The position numbers and the translations under genes were made by a program. Below, piece by piece: positions 62,010 through 64,000 of a stretch of DNA of 64,000 bases (position 1 is the first letter of the stretch; each line of letters opens with the position of its first letter). The notes beneath the pieces were generated by a model. It made no database searches. It saw nothing but the letters and a program-made list of their open reading frames with translations, and was not told the origin of the DNA. Origin of the DNA: Syntrophothermus sp. DTU052 (GTDB lineage: Bacteria > Bacillota > Syntrophomonadia > Syntrophomonadales > DTU052); NCBI GenBank assembly GCA_001512495.1, contig LFRU01000057.1, positions 32,917-96,916 on the forward strand. Direction: 5' to 3'.

Positions 62010-63011
62010 TTGATTAGGATGACCCTGCTCGAACAGATTAGACAAAAGGCCCAGGAAAGATTTAAAACTATTGTTCTGCCGGAAGGAACGGAAGAGCGAA
62101 CATTGAAGGCGGTGGAAACCTTAGTCAAGGAGAAAATCGCCAATCCTATTCTGATAGGGGATGAAGGTGCTGTTAAGGCCAAAGCCCAGCAGGTGGGTGC
62201 AGACATCAGTGGAGTGGAGATCGTTAACCCGGCTAAAGCTCCGTACTACGATGAGTTTGTTGAGAAGTTCTATGAGATGAGAAAAGCCAAGGGCGTGACT
62301 CCGGAAAAGGCGCAACAGCTCATGCTCGATCCCCTGTACTTCGGATCCATGATGGTAAAGGCCGGCAAAGCGGATGGTGAAGTGGCCGGAGCCATCAATA
62401 CTACTGGTGATGTACTTAGACCCGCCCTGCAGATCATTAGAACCGCGCCCGGAATATCGGCTGTTTCTGGAGCGTTCATAATGATTGTTCCCAACTGCGA
62501 CCTGGGTTACAACGGCATAATGGTCTTTACGGACTGCGCGGTTACCCCCAATCCGACCGCGGAACAACTGGCGGAGTTTGCATATGCTTCAGCCGGAACC
62601 GCGCGCAGCCTGTGTGGAATTCAGGAACCGGTGGTAGGGATGTTGTCCTTCTCCACCAAGGGCAGTGCCAGTCATGAGCTGGTTGACAAAGTTGTCAAGG
62701 CTTCTGAAATAGCCAAGTCCAGATGGCCTGAACTGCTGGTAGACGGAGAGTTTCAGGCCGATGCAGCTCTGGTTCCCAGAGTAGGACAATCCAAAGCCCC
62801 GGGCAGTCCCGTGGCCGGGAAGTGCAATGTCCTGGTATTCCCGGATCTTCAGTCTGGAAACATAGGGTACAAGTTGGTGCAGAGGCTGGCCGGAGCCGAA
62901 GCTATCGGTCCGATCCTTCAAGGTATGGATAAGCCGGTTAATGACCTTTCGCGCGGCTGCAGCGTAGAGGATGTCATTAATGTGGTGGCCATGACGGCGG
63001 TTAGAGCGTAG
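62010..63011 (+). CDS. pta: phosphate acetyltransferase
   Basis: TIVLPEGTEERTLKA...YFGSMMVKAGKADG...VFPDLQSGNIGYKLVQRLAGAEAIGPILQG. The start is TTG 62010 or ATG 62019, after AGGAGG. Confidence 0.9.
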   Translation: MIRMTLLEQIRQKAQERFKTIVLPEGTEERTLKAVETLVKEKIANPILIGDEGAVKAKAQQVGADISGVEIVNPAKAPYYDEFVEKFYEMRKAKGVTPEKAQQLMLDPLYFGSMMVKAGKADGEVAGAINTTGDVLRPALQIIRTAPGISAVSGAFIMIVPNCDLGYNGIMVFTDCAVTPNPTAEQLAEFAYASAGTARSLCGIQEPVVGMLSFSTKGSASHELVDKVVKASEIAKSRWPELLVDGEFQADAALVPRVGQSKAPGSPVAGKCNVLVFPDLQSGNIGYKLVQRLAGAEAIGPILQGMDKPVNDLSRGCSVEDVINVVAMTAVRA

Positions 63012-63114
63012 TCTACTCCCCTCCTGGTCGTCGTTACAGGAAATAATGAGGTCGGGAACTGTCAAAACAAAACGTTTTGGAGCGTTATACGATATTGAGG
63101 AGGTTATTGGAAGG

Positions 63115-64000
63115 ATGAAAGTATTAGTAGTAAACTGTGGTAGTTCTTCAATCAAGTATCAAGTATTTGATATGACCGATGAAAGCGTCCTGGCTAAAGG
63201 TCTGGTGGACCGGGTCGGTATACCGGGAACGGTGTTGAAACATGAACCGACCGGCAAGGATGAGGTGGTTATTAAGAAGGACCTTCCGGATCATACCGAA
63301 GGGATGAAGCTGGTATTGGAGGTACTGGTGAATCCGGAATACGGTGTAATCCAGAACATGGAAGAAATTGGTGCAGTCGGCCACCGGGTCGTGCATGGTG
63401 GAGAACAGTTTGCTGACTCTACAGTAATAGATGATAAAGTAAAACAAGTGATTCGGGAATGCTTCGACATTGCTCCCCTGCACAATCCTCCGAACCTGAT
63501 GGGGATCGAGGCCTGCCAGGAACTGATGCCGAATGTTCCGCATGTGGCTGTATTTGACACTGCGTTCCACCAGTCCATGGCACCGGAAAACTTCATGTAC
63601 GCTCTGCCTTATGATGTTTATGAGAAGTATAAAGTAAGAAGATACGGATTCCATGGTACGTCTCACTTCTATGTATCCCACCGGGCGGCTGAAATGCTGG
63701 GCAAGCCCTTCGAAGAGTGTAAGATCATTACTCTACACCTGGGCAACGGAGCAAGTATGGCAGCTATTAAGAATGGCCGGGTAATTGATACATCTATGGG
63801 ATTTACCCCGCTGGAAGGTTTGGTAATGGGGACCCGTTGTGGTGATATTGACCCGGCAATCGTGTTCTACCTTATGGAGAAATTAAACATGAACGCCGAT
63901 GAGGCCAACAGTTACTTCAACAAGAAGTCCGGTATGCTGGGACTTTCCGGGGTATCAAATGACCTGCGTGATGTTATCGACGCTGCTGCTTCCGGCAATA
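63115..64000 (+). CDS. ackA: acetate kinase, N-terminal roughly 295 codons (truncated by the window end)
   Basis: Manual translation from ATG 63115 gives MKVLVVNCGSSSIKYQVFDM...GHRVVHGGE...PLHNPPNL...VAVFDTAFHQSMP-like...RRYGFHGTSH. It is not in the track because no stop codon lies inside the window. Confidence 0.9.
   Translation, partial: MKVLVVNCGSSSIKYQVFDMTDESVLAKGLVDRVGIPGTVLKHEPTGKDEVVIKKDLPDHTEGMKLVLEVLVNPEYGVIQNMEEIGAVGHRVVHGGEQFADSTVIDDKVKQVIRECFDIAPLHNPPNLMGIEACQELMPNVPHVAVFDTAFHQSMAPENFMYALPYDVYEKYKVRRYGFHGTSHFYVSHRAAEMLGKPFEECKIITLHLGNGASMAAIKNGRVIDTSMGFTPLEGLVMGTRCGDIDPAIVFYLMEKLNMNADEANSYFNKKSGMLGLSGVSNDLRDVIDAAASGN

Noticed and set aside
1-64000. CRISPR arrays, IS elements or transposases, integrases, phage genes, toxin-antitoxin pairs, restriction-modification systems or other defence systems.
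   Set aside because: I saw no direct-repeat/spacer periodicity and no terminal inverted repeats flanking ORFs. No ORF has recombinase, nuclease or toxin signatures. The window reads as core chromosome throughout.

Overview
The window is a densely coding chromosomal segment with about 62 protein genes and one tRNA. I saw no rRNA, CRISPR array, transposase, integrase or prophage signature. All calls come from reading the supplied ORF translations and the raw sequence; no similarity search was run. Several contents point, by inference only, to a strictly anaerobic spore-forming Firmicute of the Peptococcaceae or Syntrophomonadaceae type. These are the spore protease gpr and ylbJ, a Tat-exported selenocysteine formate dehydrogenase, the siroheme-dependent Ahb haem pathway, UbiD/UbiA/UbiX-type menaquinone late-step genes, and EtfAB with a membrane Fe-S oxidoreductase and beta-oxidation genes.

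Layout:
- 1-649: carB 5' end, on the minus strand.
- 1.2-4.4 kb: a sigma-54-driven pair of 4-hydroxybutyryl-CoA-dehydratase-family paralogs.
- 4.5-9.8 kb: small genes, tRNA-Pro, a nitroreductase, apgM and trpS.
- 10.1-14.0 kb: a four-gene polyprenyl-phosphate-pentose glycosylation-like module.
- 14.1-19.1 kb: marR, a FAH-family hydrolase, speH, glpK and a glpA-like gene.
- 19.2-24.2 kb: a menaquinone prenylation/decarboxylation cluster.
- 24.3-31.0 kb: tatC, fdhA(Sec)BC, fdhE and tatA.
- 31.1-41.0 kb: ten contiguous haem genes.
- 41.0-41.8 kb: cheR.
- 42.1-48.7 kb: etfBA, a cytochrome-b/HdrD-like fusion, an acyl-CoA dehydrogenase and a thiolase.
- 48.9-64.0 kb: housekeeping genes (coaD, a 3D cell-wall protein, hslO, rpmB, asp23, yloV, recG, gpr, rsmD, ylbJ, a patatin-like protein, tmcAL, pta and the ackA 5' part).

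No clear-cut new system (defence, mobile or toxin-type) is visible. The most interesting items are:
- the co-localisation of every module needed for a menaquinone-loop (reverse) electron transfer chain;
- the ArnE-like/DUF362/GT-C/DPPR-synthase module;
- the sigma-54 AbfD-like pair, whose second member lacks a cluster ligand;
- several structured leaders and small ORFs that the 60-aa ORF track misses.
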